A stretch of DNA of 64,000 bases from Epithemia pelagica. Lineage: Eukaryota > Protista > Bacillariophyta. Shown here piece after piece: positions 43,145 to 55,008 of this stretch. Position 1 is the stretch's first letter; every line of letters starts with the position of its first letter. A program made the translations under genes and the position numbers. The notes below the pieces were generated by a model that was given only the letters and a program-made list of their open reading frames with translations, was not told where the DNA came from and ran no database searches. The DNA lies in assembly GCA_946965045.2 (NCBI GenBank), contig OX337238.1, positions 1,240,001-1,304,000 of the forward strand. Direction: 5' to 3'.

Positions 43145-44383
43145 CTACGTAGTCATGGTTGTTGTGGAAAACGACGACGAAATGGTCTTGTCAAAGCGGT
43201 AGACACAAAACCGCGACAGTCGCAACCACCACGCCGGTGGCGGCCGAGACGGAGGACGAGGCCTCGTGTCGGAATGGGGGTAAATGGTTTGGGTGTGGGT
43301 AAAGCCCGCCTTGGTATACAATTTGTGCGCCGGGACTTGAATGTTGCTGCACGTCAAGGTCAAGTGTAAGACGAATGGGTCGTTTTGTGATGATGATGAT
43401 GGGTTGGTCGGTTGTAATGTGTTTTTCTGGACGACGACGACTTGATTCCACAAGATGGATTCCAAGGTGGCCACGAGTTTGCGTCCCACGGCCCGACCAT
43501 GAACGGCCGGATCCACCACCATGCGACGCAATTCCACCACCACCGTGTTCTTCTTGCTTTTGGAAGAAGCTTGACTCGATTCCTCCTCCTCTTGATTTGT
43601 GGCGCACAGATTGTCCGGGTCCTCCTTTCGTGGTTCCTCGTTGTTTTCGTCTTTGTTTTGGTGTTTGAATTCTCCTCCGACACATCCAATGATACGGCCC
43701 GACGTTTGGTCGACGGCCACCACAAAGGTTCCAATGTTCTTGTTCTTGTTGTTCTTGTCGTTGTCGTCGTCGGAAGGGAAATAGACGGATGGAATATTGG
43801 ACAAATCGGATTGGATCGAGGCTTGAATAAAGCGTCCAAAGACGGTGGTAATCGAGGATCGACACGCCGTCACCAAGAGTCCCAAGGACAAGCAGGATGC
43901 CGTCCAGGGTACCCACAATGGCATTCCAGGATTAGTGGTAGGATTCGAGGATCTCGAGGAGGATGTTGTGGGACTACTACTAATGGGCAGCCACCAGTGG
44001 GACAAGGACGACAAGGACGACAAGGCGTGACGCAGGATCCATCCTCCATTCGCCACGACTGCATGGACCAGGGCGGACGCCGATACCAGTCCCCCCAGTA
44101 CGAGGGGCGATTGAATCGTGTTCCAAACGGCACGGGGATACAAACTCGACATGGAGCGTTCAAACAAGGCATGGACGGCCGCTTGATCGTCTGGTTCGAA
44201 TCGTCGAATGAAAATGTGGTCATCTTGATAATATACCACCATGGGTTGTGGTGCGGATTTGCTTGGAGCAGGAGTGTCTGGTGGGGAGGAGGAGTCGTTG
44301 GCTTGGACCAACGCCGCCGCCGACGACGACGACAATGAGGACGAGGCCGTCGACATTGTGGTGGGACGGGTGGTGCGATTCAT
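43145..44383 (-). CDS. GNAT acetyltransferase, NAT8/camello-like, with internal hydrophobic segments
   Basis: IRRFEPDD, FVVAVD..IIGCVG, ELRRMVVDPAVHGRAVGRKLV (acetyl-CoA motif A), AHKLYTKAGF. Confidence 0.88.
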   Translation of the reverse strand: MNRTTRPTTMSTASSSLSSSSAAALVQANDSSSPPDTPAPSKSAPQPMVVYYQDDHIFIRRFEPDDQAAVHALFERSMSSLYPRAVWNTIQSPLVLGGLVSASALVHAVVANGGWILRHALSSLSSLSHWWLPISSSPTTSSSRSSNPTTNPGMPLWVPWTASCLSLGLLVTACRSSITTVFGRFIQASIQSDLSNIPSVYFPSDDDNDKNNKNKNIGTFVVAVDQTSGRIIGCVGGEFKHQNKDENNEEPRKEDPDNLCATNQEEEESSQASSKSKKNTVVVELRRMVVDPAVHGRAVGRKLVATLESILWNQVVVVQKNTLQPTNPSSSSQNDPFVLHLTLTCSNIQVPAHKLYTKAGFTHTQTIYPHSDTRPRPPSRPPPAWWLRLSRFCVYRFDKTISSSFSTTTMTT

Positions 44384-44896
44384 GAGGATGCAGATGCAGC
44401 AGCAGTAATCACACCACTACTAGAACCATCAAAGTCTTTTTTAATGACACACCCGAAACTATTGCCACACTCTCTCTCCGAAACACGCCACACGAAGAGA
44501 AGGAACACTTGGGTTGTTCGTTGTTCCCCGTCCATGGTGATGATGGTGGGAGAATCTTGTTGTCGTGATCTGGCCGTCCACCGCGCGTGGGGTGGTGGGG
44601 GAGGGAGTTCCCCCAACGCAACTGTTCCACGACTGCTGCGAGCGTTTCCATGCCTCGCCCCGCTCGGAGTTTGGGTGTTGTCACGCGGCGGTCTCGCTTC
44701 TCAAACCAGCGCGCGCCAAACGAGCAGGCCACCACACAATCCAAGATTTGGAAGAATGGCACCGTCCTCCTTGTCCGAACGAGAGGAGCACGGCATCCAT
44801 TCATAGTGTCTGCATTCGTTCTCTATCCTGCCATTGAGTGTACCTAGTCGTCGAGGAGTACCAAGGGAGTAGAGCGTCCTGTGATTCTCGAGAATA

Positions 44897-45756
44897 ATGA
44901 TGAAACGAAAACTGGAATTCTCCTCCCTTGATGGTTCGAGGACCACGCATCTTCCTCTTCCTTCCAACGAGCCATCCGGCAAAAAGACGGTGGAACCATC
45001 CTTGTCCTTCCAACCACAACAACAACAAGGACAATCCACAAGCAGTACGATTCCCCCCAATCTCATTTTGACTCGGTTGCAACCCGATTTGATGCGACAT
45101 GTAATCTCCTACTTTATGGGGGTGGTCGTCGTTGTCGATCCATGCGACGACCCACGTGCGACAAGTGGTGGTCCTGCCACGGCGTCGTCGTCTTTTGGAA
45201 ATCCGTCCCACGACAACAACAACAACAATGCATGTTGGATTGTCGATGTCGACTCGGTGACCGCCCTGGCACAAACCTGTCGGACGTGGAACCAGGCCGT
45301 GTCCGATCCCCAATTGTGGACGGTGCACTCTTCCCAATCATTCCAATCCCAATCACCACCAACAACAAGGATGATACCGGGTCATTGCTTTTTTCATCAA
45401 CCCCTTCTCCACAACAACAACAAAATGAAGAAGGGCCAAGGTCATTCCTGTCCACCACCACCATTGGTGGGCTTTGTCCGAGTCGTGACACCCATGACAA
45501 AACAGGAGAAATCGTCCCATTCTGGTAGTCCTGAGGACCATCAACAACCGGTGGTGGATGCTACTAGTACTACTACCACCACGAGTACGACCGACTCGTG
45601 GTGGTGGATGGTTCGAGAACATGCCAGTCACGAAACCTTTTTCGTGTCGCAGTGTCGCGATCCCTCGCTGCCCACTTGTTTGCAAGAAAGCTTTGTCTTT
45701 GGCTATTGTTATGCGTGGCAGTGTCGGACCCGACGCGAGTTTTATACCTTGTACAA

Positions 45757-45787
<31 letters not shown>

Positions 45788-47482
45788 CAACTGAAGCAGC
45801 AATCGTCGTCACGACGATTGCTCTTGCGGGTCCCCTATGTGTGCCAGTCGGTCCCGAATCCTCATACAGATCCACAACATTCCGATCATTCCAATTCTAC
45901 TCGGTCGTGGTTGCGCCGCGTCTACTTTCCAGAGTCTCACGCATTGACCCCTGCCATGGTGGATACCCATGTGGGACGATGGCACCTGTTTCAGTCTCAT
46001 GTCTGGACACAGCCGCCCGAGAATGACGCCACGCCAACCGCAACGACGCCCCACCACGCACCGCTCCAGGATGATAAAACCATGCGACCTACCGAGAACC
46101 ACAACAACAACAATCACAATCACAACAAGGTAGAGGACGAGGACAACCTTGGCCTGGTAGTAGGCTTGTGGCATCATTACCAACGATTGGAACACGCGGC
46201 CTATCCAACAACGGCAAGCACTACTATTACTACTTCAACTACTTCCACGACCACCAGAACGGCCTGGTTTCAATTACTGGATTGGGTGTGCGAATTGGTC
46301 CACGTGTTGGAAGTCCCACACACGGTTGCCTTTCGCACCGCCGTGTGTTTGGCGCCACTGGTGCAAGACTATGGTCAACAACAACAACCGCAACAATCAC
46401 AACCACCACACGCCGAACAACCACGACCACGCCGATTGCCACCCTTGCAATTGGTCACGGCCGCGGTTGTGTACATGGCCTCGTGCGTGTCCGTGGGGGG
46501 ACCGTCGCATCACAACCACCACAACGACAACCACAACACCGACCAGTCGTCACTGGAACCACCATTTTCGTCGCACCGACTCTTGTCCCTCGAACACTTG
46601 GCCTTTTGTGTCGACAATCAATGGCCGGCCCGGACCATTCAGGCCGTGGCCCGTCTCTTGTGGCTTCGCGGTGCGGCGTCCAGTCCCTCATTGCCACTCC
46701 ACGACGACGACGACGACGACGACGACTGGTCCCATTCCAACTCCAACCCCAAAACGACTACTCCGCTCTTGGGTCCCGCACAATTGGCCACACCCACAGT
46801 CGAACAATGGTTGCACGTGTACCTCGAGACCCGTTCAACCACAACGACAACGACAACAACCACATTTCGATTGGATCCAGCCACGGTCCGAGCATTGGCC
46901 TTGGATGTGGCGTGGTTCCTATTGCCCTCTTCGCTCTCCTTGGAGCTCCGGCCCCGACACTTGGCGGCCTGTATCGTAGTCATGGCTCGATGGGCGCGGC
47001 AACTCGTGCCACAGCAACCAGAAGCAACCCCGAACGATGACGACAACGACCAGGACCAGACGGCTTCCCTTCCGTCCCTGGTTCAACCACCCGTGGATTT
47101 GAACTGGACGTGGGCCACAGCCTGCCACTTGTGGTGTGCCTTGGAACCTCGGGGGTCCGTCACTTGCACCACGACAACGTCATCAACAACTAGCGTCTTT
47201 TGGGACCACGAGGTGGTTCCCCTCCTGCCGCGAGTCTTGGAAACCTTGCATCGTCTCTATCCAGAACAATGGTGGGCGACGAATCATCATGCGACGACTA
47301 CTGCGTCTCGCGTGGTGTGGGGACATCGTCGACGACGACGACGACCCTGTTCGCACACCACCCAACACTCCAACCACGCGGAAGGACTCAATGTGCAGCA
47401 ACCACAAGAACAAGAACAAGAACAACACGAGGGCATGGAAGCGGCCGCCAGTCTCTATCGACTCTGGTCACAGTCGAGGTAG
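44897..47482 (+). CDS. F-box-like N-terminus plus cyclin-fold (N and C box) protein
   Basis: F-box-like LTRLQPDLMRHVISYF and LAQTCRTWNQAVSDPQLW. Cyclin-like LLDWVCELV, LQLVTAAVVYMAS, LAFCVDN, LATPTVEQWL, RPRHLAACIV. Confidence 0.65.
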
Positions 47483-47688
47483 TTGGACCCACTCCTCCGG
47501 ATTCGTACATGGCGATGGACGATACGGGAATGGACGACGATCCTCCATCGGCCCAACCCGGAACGAGTCGAAACGTGGCGAGCCTCCCAGTACTACCTAC
47601 AAGACCTACTCTCTCGAGGGGCAAGGAATGCGGAAGTAGTAGGATGAGAGGGCTGGCTGCCATCCCACACACAGCCCTCTACTAGCTA

Positions 47689-47916
47689 GAAACCACTCGT
47701 AAGCGCCTCTACTAGTCGTCGTGTGGAACGAGGAACGAATGATCCATCCAAGGAGGCGGTCCCGTTCGTAGAATGGTGGGCGACGGGCCAGTGTGGTGTG
47801 GTGGAAACCACTCGTAAGCGCCTCTAGTCGTCGTGTGGAACGAGGAACGAATGATCCATCCAAGGAGGCGGTCCCGTTCGTAGAATGGTGGGCGACGGGC
47901 CTGTGTTGTGTGGTGG
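47689..47916. repeat. Two-copy tandem duplication, units 115 and ~112 bp
   Basis: GAAACCACTCGTAAGCGCCTCT... starts at 47689 and 47804; the units differ by a 3-bp indel and 2 substitutions. Confidence 0.92.
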
Positions 47917-48564
47917 AGTCGACCCGAACGGACGACCAAGGAACGTCACGACGACCACCAAGAATGGTCCATCCTCCTACGGCACGACGGTCGTGGTGGG
48001 AGTCCTAGCTAGGGAAAAGCAGTTCCACCGCCTCCACATCCGCAGCCAGGTGGGAGGAGGCGGTCTAGAAAAGGGAGGAGGCGGGGGGGGGGGGGGACGA
48101 ACCGAATAGCAAAGAATGGTCCCCCCAATTAGAACTAGAAACTATGAAACAAGTAAGTAGTGTTGTGGGTGGATGGACTATTTTGACTCGTGCATGTCAA
48201 TCCATCAAGGAGTGCGAATGGGTTCTTACTCCGGAAGGGTCACCTACATAGATGCTGTTGTTACTCCAATCCATTCGCGTTTTCCTTTCGTCTTGGTCGC
48301 TTTCCACATGGATTGCATTGGACACATCTCCATTTCTTGTAGGAGTCTGGGTTACTTGGTAGCACCTCGCCAAACACCAATCTATTTGGATGGCAACGTC
48401 TATGGCGATACTGCGGTTTGAATACAAGAAATCATTATATAGTAGATTATGAAGTTTCACTTGATCCCATTCAAAGAATATATGATGTGGCACATTTGGT
48501 CGTGATAGATGCAAAAGCACTGCGCTCGAAACTTGTGTTGTGCTGTCCATTTCCCACTCCAACC

Positions 48565-49011
48565 TCAGACATCCGGACAGCCCTTACTTTTCTTCATGAT
48601 GGCACTGACCTGGCATATACCAGGATCGACGTTAAAAGCACATGCGCTGAATTCAGCTGCTGCAACCATGTCCTGTGTGTCATACGGTCCAGTGGCAGCC
48701 AGGTCTCGACGCCAGCAACCCGCACAATATATGACGCATTCATAGAGGGAAGAAAACTCATCACACCACGGAAAGTTATCGCACACTGTCGAACAAAGTT
48801 GTCGTCCCTCTCCTCGTAGCGCCCGACGTCCAGCATCTTTTTGAGCTTTGATCATGCAGGTCGCAGTGTTGTTGACGGCTGTTGTGATAGCATCGTGGCA
48901 GGCGTCCGACATACGATCCGGAAACTGGACTTCGATTTTGCGAAAACACTCACTGGACAATACGGGTCCGACGAGAGAGAAGAACACGAAAAGGAAGGTT
49001 TTCGAAAACAT
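48565..49011 (-). CDS. Small secreted Cys-rich precursor (148 aa, 12 Cys) with RRALR/RQL and RRDL motifs
   Basis: Signal-peptide-like MFSKTFLFVFFSLVGPVLS. Core CSTVCDNFPWCDEFSSLYECVIYCAGCW between basic motifs. Confidence 0.75.
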   Translation of the reverse strand: MFSKTFLFVFFSLVGPVLSSECFRKIEVQFPDRMSDACHDAITTAVNNTATCMIKAQKDAGRRALRGEGRQLCSTVCDNFPWCDEFSSLYECVIYCAGCWRRDLAATGPYDTQDMVAAAEFSACAFNVDPGICQVSAIMKKSKGCPDV

Positions 49012-50219
49012 ACTGTCGTCTTGTTGGAGAAAATACGGTTCAATTCAGGACCAGGAGAGGCGGAAAAGGACAAGATGGCAAAGGGCTGAGAGAAATAATA
49101 CTATTGCAGCGCAAAATGGGCAATGCTTGTCGTGTGACACACACGTTGACCAGAAGGGGGAAGGGAGAGGGGACGAAATCAAGAATTGTGCGTCGAACGA
49201 GAGTGGTGTGGTTTTTGCTGATTGGAGCCGATGGATTGTTTGTGGTCGTTGAGTTGGGCCATTGATTGGGCAAAACAACACTAAAGAGCGATCCCGAGAA
49301 AATACGCAAAACCACAAACCACAAAACACAAACCACAAAAAGAAACCAACACAAAACACAACATCAAAAGGATATTTGTTTCATAATATCTCTTTTATCA
49401 TTCCCGATGGACTGTTCCAACAACCCATCGGATAGGATTGGATCTAGTCTTGAAACCAGCGCCCCAAATTTGGTGGGGCCATGGGCGAGGCAACAACCCA
49501 AGCTATCGTGTGCGACTCGTGGTGTGATCCCCCGTTTGGCATTTGGCACCCCCACGACAAGAACCAGACGGACAAGAGACAAGAGAGAACGGATGTGTTG
49601 GTGGTATTTCGCATTGTGTGTATTATTGCGTGTACGAGTACGAGTACATGAATGGATCGATAAGTATTTCTGATTGTAGTGTTGTTTTTTCTCCCTTCGG
49701 AGGAATTGGGCTTCGGCGCCTCCCTCCTTTCTCGTCTTTCGTCGTCCTCTTCCGCAGTCCACAACAGTCGACTCTCTCGCGCCTCCTCTCTCTCTCTCTT
49801 TTTGAATGCGAGAGAGTGTCCTGTGTCCTCACTTCACACACGCACAGACAAGGATACAAGAACACTTCACAATTCACCCCAATACGCTTCCACAAACGCA
49901 CGCTTCGTTTTGCAGACTGACAGTTTCATGCACCGCCTCCTTCGTCCGATTGTTTCTTTCTAGTGGTGATTTTGGGGGGTGGCTGGATGTGTGTTATTTG
50001 CTGTGTTGACTCCCATTGAACTCTCGGTGTTTGTATTTTGTATGTGTCCAAACCACAACGAAACCCATCAAGAAAAAAGTCAAGACCAACCACAACAACA
50101 ACAATACACACATTGATCATTGATGGTTGGCACATGTAGCACAAACGCGGCGCTCACAAAACCAACAACCGAAACACCATCCACCCACACACTTTTACCA
50201 AACCAACACAAAAACAACC

Positions 50220-52250
50220 ATGAATACCAACGGTTATTGGCCTGAAGAACGACAAGGCATGTACCACAACCACCATGGTACTTCGGACTTGGTGGAGGAG
50301 AGCAACTACTACTATCCATCGTACCATCCTGCTGTTGCTGCTGCTGGTGGTACTCTGGATGGATTGCCTCCACCCTCTCCCTACTACAGCAACGGGGAGG
50401 ACTACTACGTTTCTCCTCTTTCCACGGGGGTGGGACGAGTCTTGCCTCCTCCCATGTCCAAGGAGAATGATGCCTATCGACCTCATGTGGTAACACCAGT
50501 CAATACGGAATTGTTGGACTTTTTGCAACACCATCCTCCCCAACAAGGACAACCCATTTCCTGTTATCCGCCTTCTGCTGCTGCTACTACGACTACTTTG
50601 GCACACACCCATGACTATTGGAGAAATGACAGTACTTGCATGCACGGCAATACGAATGATGATGATGCTCCGCCTAGCGAGGATTACATTTGGGAACAAC
50701 ACGTGATTGCTCAAACGATTGCCTTGGAACAAATTCAACAGGCGAATCGTGCTTCCATTTGTGACACGGACAATGAACCGGTCGTGGTGGTGGACCAAAA
50801 ACCACCGGCTCGTAAAGATGCCTTGTTGTTGAATGATGAGAAACACACTACTGTTTCCTTATTGTGCGAGTCTTCTTCTTCTTCATCATCGTCTTCCTCA
50901 TCCTCATCGGCCTTGAGTGAAACCACTCCCGCTCCAGTCGATGTCGTGGAACAAGAACAAGACTTGGCAGTGGTTCAAGTGGCCGAACAACGATTGGCAC
51001 AAGGACAATGTCCCGCGTGTGGACAACAACTCTTTGAAATGGTGGCGTCTTCGTCGTCCTCCTCCAAGTCCAAGCCGGCGTTGTGGAAACGCCTGTGGCG
51101 ATTTGGGAGTAGTGGTAGCAGTGGTAGCTTTTCGAGTCCTACTTCTAGTACATCGGATGGTCTCCCCCAAGCCTTGGAACAAGAACAGCAGGAAGAATCA
51201 TCACCACCACCAGGGTTGGACCAAGCAACGAACAAGACAAGCACAGCTCCAAGTTCGTGTTTGTTGGTCCGCAAAAAGCCCTTGCACATTCCCGGCGTGG
51301 TTCATCGAGGGCAATGCGTCCACTGTTCCAATAAGGTCCTCAACAACACTACGAATCCCTCTTCCAACCAAGACAATGAGGAGGAACCCAGTAATGTCTT
51401 TTTACAAGATAACGAGGAAGGATTGGATCAAGACGATTTCTTGTCCACTTCTATTCTGCAACCCTTGACGAATCCTACCCAAAGCATCAAGACGAATACG
51501 CCAAGGTCTACCAAGACACGTTCTCAGTCACGAACAACAGGTCCGGCCTTGGCCACCTATTCGGGTCCCGTGGACGACCGAGGCCAGCGCCATGGCATGG
51601 GGACCTTGAAATGGAGCAACGGGGATGTCTACAAGGGGAATTTTGTCCATGGAGTTCGCCAAGGTCCTGGAACTCTAACCTTTGGGCAAGGCGGTGGCGA
51701 GTATGTCGGCGACTGGCACAACAATTGCATGCATGGACAAGGCACACGTCGCTTCCCCAATGGGGACTTGTACACGGGCCCCTACCTGCAAGGAGAACGA
51801 CACGGTCCCAATGGTCGCTTTTACTTTGCCAATGGAGATTTGTATGTGGGGGAATGGCATCAAGATTTGATGCATGGCTTTGGTCGCTATTATTATCATC
51901 ATGGACAACGCTTCGAAGGCGACTTTGTCTGTGGACAACGTCATGGCAAGGGCAAATTGCAACGTCTCGATGGCAGTTTGGACATGTACCGGTACCGTTC
52001 CAACGAACGTGCTTGGAATTGTCCCGGAGTCCGATGGTCGGCCGATCGGACCAAGGCCTGGAAATTACTGGCCTTGTCGTCGTCGTCGTCCACAACCACA
52101 ACGAGTCCCGTCAAGAAACAAGCCATTTCCATTGCCGAAGCCGTGAGTTTGGTGTACGAAATTGAAAATACCGTGCAACCCTTGTCGACCACTGCCACAC
52201 GTCATGGACAAGATGTCCCCACCGCCGCACCCAGCAATACCGTGGTGTAA
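50220..52250 (+). CDS. MORN-repeat protein with upstream CxxC...CxxC module
   Basis: Repeated YxGxWxxxxxHGxG units (YKGNFVHGVRQGPG, YVGDWHNNCMHGQG, YVGEWHQDLMHGFG, FEGDFVCGQRHGKG); CPAC...CVHC. Confidence 0.9.
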   Translation: MNTNGYWPEERQGMYHNHHGTSDLVEESNYYYPSYHPAVAAAGGTLDGLPPPSPYYSNGEDYYVSPLSTGVGRVLPPPMSKENDAYRPHVVTPVNTELLDFLQHHPPQQGQPISCYPPSAAATTTTLAHTHDYWRNDSTCMHGNTNDDDAPPSEDYIWEQHVIAQTIALEQIQQANRASICDTDNEPVVVVDQKPPARKDALLLNDEKHTTVSLLCESSSSSSSSSSSSSALSETTPAPVDVVEQEQDLAVVQVAEQRLAQGQCPACGQQLFEMVASSSSSSKSKPALWKRLWRFGSSGSSGSFSSPTSSTSDGLPQALEQEQQEESSPPPGLDQATNKTSTAPSSCLLVRKKPLHIPGVVHRGQCVHCSNKVLNNTTNPSSNQDNEEEPSNVFLQDNEEGLDQDDFLSTSILQPLTNPTQSIKTNTPRSTKTRSQSRTTGPALATYSGPVDDRGQRHGMGTLKWSNGDVYKGNFVHGVRQGPGTLTFGQGGGEYVGDWHNNCMHGQGTRRFPNGDLYTGPYLQGERHGPNGRFYFANGDLYVGEWHQDLMHGFGRYYYHHGQRFEGDFVCGQRHGKGKLQRLDGSLDMYRYRSNERAWNCPGVRWSADRTKAWKLLALSSSSSTTTTSPVKKQAISIAEAVSLVYEIENTVQPLSTTATRHGQDVPTAAPSNTVV

Positions 52251-52999
52251 TAGACTCTCTCTTTCCCCAAGAACAAGAAAAAGATTCCAAACCTGGAGGA
52301 ACCAGGAGCGAGTGGGATTCACACGAGTCATCAGGGCGGCGGCACTCACGGCTGCAGCGTTGTCGGACGACGGCTGCGGCTTTTAGAGATAAGTTGTTCC
52401 ATACAATCGTTTTGGATGACTCGTGTTTCCTTCTCAAACGTACCTGCTCGATCACGATCCCACAACATCATCAACAACAATGACTTTGTGAGCAGCAAAC
52501 CAAATAAGAATGTGGCTCTCTTTACCAACTAAAAAGAACCAAAACGCAAAACATCTCGGACCAAATACTACACCTTGTCATTGTTCTTTATATACCGTAT
52601 AAGACTCGTAATCGTTCGAATATTAATAATAGCAACTATACAAGAAAAACCTGCTGGATAGATTCACCAGATGGCAATACAATAGTCTCGAGAAAGCGGG
52701 TACCTGGTATAGGCGGCACTAGAGGCATTTGGTGCGGGAGGATAGACAAAGTTTGGTCCCTCGAGACCAGTTCCGCTTCAAAGGCACAAGGGTGGGGAAA
52801 GGACGTGAAGCATGGTTCCCATCAATGCCACCTCGGTAAAAAAGATTCAAGGCAACAACCACATCAACATCTGCAGCAAGCAAGCAAGGGATCGGGAGTT
52901 GGAATGTCAATTCGGCTATGTATACTCAGGTTCTATGTTGTTTGGTTCATTCCTCATGGAGCAGAAGGATGATGACCATCTAATAATACTATGGGGTGG

Positions 53000-54049
53000 T
53001 TACACAATTTCCAATTGCTTGTGTTTGTATTCGGGTACCTTTTCCTTGTATTTGTCAAACAATCGTTGGACTTGTTGGCAATACAAGGCATGATACTTGT
53101 CAATATCCTCTTGCGTTGGATCCGGAATGTGGGGAATGCCCAAGGGTTGTCCCGAAACATACAAGAGTTTGCACTGATTGCGTGGAATGGGTAAATTCCA
53201 CTTGCCCCAAAAATAGGTCAAGGAGACTTGCAATTTGCGACTCAACGTGGCCAACACGCCATGCGTCATGACGGACAAGATGGAGGTATTTCCAAACAAG
53301 TAAATTGGAATAATATCGACTCCCGTGTGCAAGGACAATTTGATGAATCCCTTGCGTTTTTGGAGATACAAGCGTTCCTTTTCGTGACTCGACAAGAACA
53401 ATTCGGCCATGCCACCGACATAGAGGACGAGCGTCCCTTCCAAACCTTGGCGTTGAAAGATTTTGAGTAAACTAGCCTTGGAGGCACTTGTTAAGCCAAA
53501 GATGCCCATGACATGTTTCAAAATGGGTGTGTACAAGAGGGCATCGGCCACGGCCGTTCGAATTTTACCCCTATGTTCGGCCGGCACGACAATGGCGCTC
53601 AACATGGCCGTATAGGAAATGACACCATGGGGTTGGGCAGCCCAAATATAATTCTTGCCATGATTGATCATTTGATCAATGACATCAATGGGAGAACATT
53701 CATGAATTTGTTCGTAGGATTCAAAGTAGGTATCCAACATGGGTTGCAAACAGGACAAACAAAAGGGTGACGCCATGGATGGCAAGAGGGCGGACACCAG
53801 CATGGGGGCACTGTAGTAATACAACCACATGGGGGCCGCCACAATTTTATAATAGCACAAGAGGACCGTGGCCGAAATCAAATAAAAGGGTGCCACCAAG
53901 TAGACCAAGGAAAAGCAGGAGGCTTGCAGCAAGCCGATAATCCAACGAAGGGACAAGGGCGATGGACCTGTCGCCGAAGGACGATTGTGATAATGGCGGA
54001 TATTGCCAATTTTCGTCGTCTCTGGGGGACGAGAGGAAGACGAACCCAT
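53000..54049 (-). CDS. DGAT2: Type 2 diacylglycerol acyltransferase family protein (DGAT2/MOGAT)
   Basis: N-terminal transmembrane segments, QPHG (HPHG position), YVGGMAE, RKGFIKL, IPIYLFG, VSGQPL. Confidence 0.88.
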   Translation of the reverse strand: MGSSSSRPPETTKIGNIRHYHNRPSATGPSPLSLRWIIGLLQASCFSLVYLVAPFYLISATVLLCYYKIVAAPMWLYYYSAPMLVSALLPSMASPFCLSCLQPMLDTYFESYEQIHECSPIDVIDQMINHGKNYIWAAQPHGVISYTAMLSAIVVPAEHRGKIRTAVADALLYTPILKHVMGIFGLTSASKASLLKIFQRQGLEGTLVLYVGGMAELFLSSHEKERLYLQKRKGFIKLSLHTGVDIIPIYLFGNTSILSVMTHGVLATLSRKLQVSLTYFWGKWNLPIPRNQCKLLYVSGQPLGIPHIPDPTQEDIDKYHALYCQQVQRLFDKYKEKVPEYKHKQLEIV

Positions 54050-55008
54050 GATGATAATTTAGTTCAAGTCCTTTCTTGCAATCGTCGTCGTTGTTGTTGG
54101 TTGGCAGAAAAGATCCAAGATTCGTCGAACCTCCAGCTTTTTTGGTGTCTTGCCCTTTTTTGTTGGATGAACGTGGTCCAACAGACCTGGAGTAGATCTC
54201 TTTCACAGCCAACAGAGGACGACCAAAGGTGGATCCTGCAAACGATTCTCCACTTGTCTGTGTTGGAATGGATTCTGGTCTTGGACTTTGGACTCCTAAT
54301 TATCTAAAATCTGATTTCGCTTTCCAGCAATGACGATGATGTCCAAGCAACGTCATTGGCGACTCAACATACAATAGGATTCAATCGTCTGTACGTAGAC
54401 CCCACCAACGCGATCGCCACGAGGTATCTTATGAGCGATTTATCCACGACCTCTAGTCGCACAAAAGCAGCTTCCGAATTCATCGATGGAGATCGATGGC
54501 ATGGAAACAGATGGTCCAAATTCTCATTCTATATTGATCTTGTAGTAGAAGACACACCATCGATAAAAGTGTAACGAAGGTGTGTATGTGCACACCAAAC
54601 TTGGAGAGATTGCTGTTTTGAAAGAGTTGGACAAGACAAGCGACAACGACAAGGACCAGATAGATTGGAGCACGCCACAGAGGACAGAGGAATTCTTCGC
54701 CACCACGACGTCGATAGTGAGTCTTGCTCGGGGACTTGGGGCTCCATCCGGAATCAGAAACCAAGACTCTCATTGGTACCGAGGGGCAAAAATCATTGAT
54801 CAAGACGAGGAGAAGCACAAACATCACGGGGTAACATTGGTTTTGAATCTCTTGCCCCATTGGAGTATCCTTATTAACGTTGTCTGGTGAGAAAGAGTTT
54901 GGGATTGGCAACTCTCTCTTGTGCCAGTTCCCTTTGGTGACCTTCTCTCGATCTCTCTTTTTTCGGTGGATCGTAGTTTTTTTTTGTGGACCGTGGATCG
55001 AAAGGACC

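Noticed and set aside
47689-47916. CRISPR-like array
   Set aside because: Only two abutting long units, no spacers, no cas genes, eukaryotic context.
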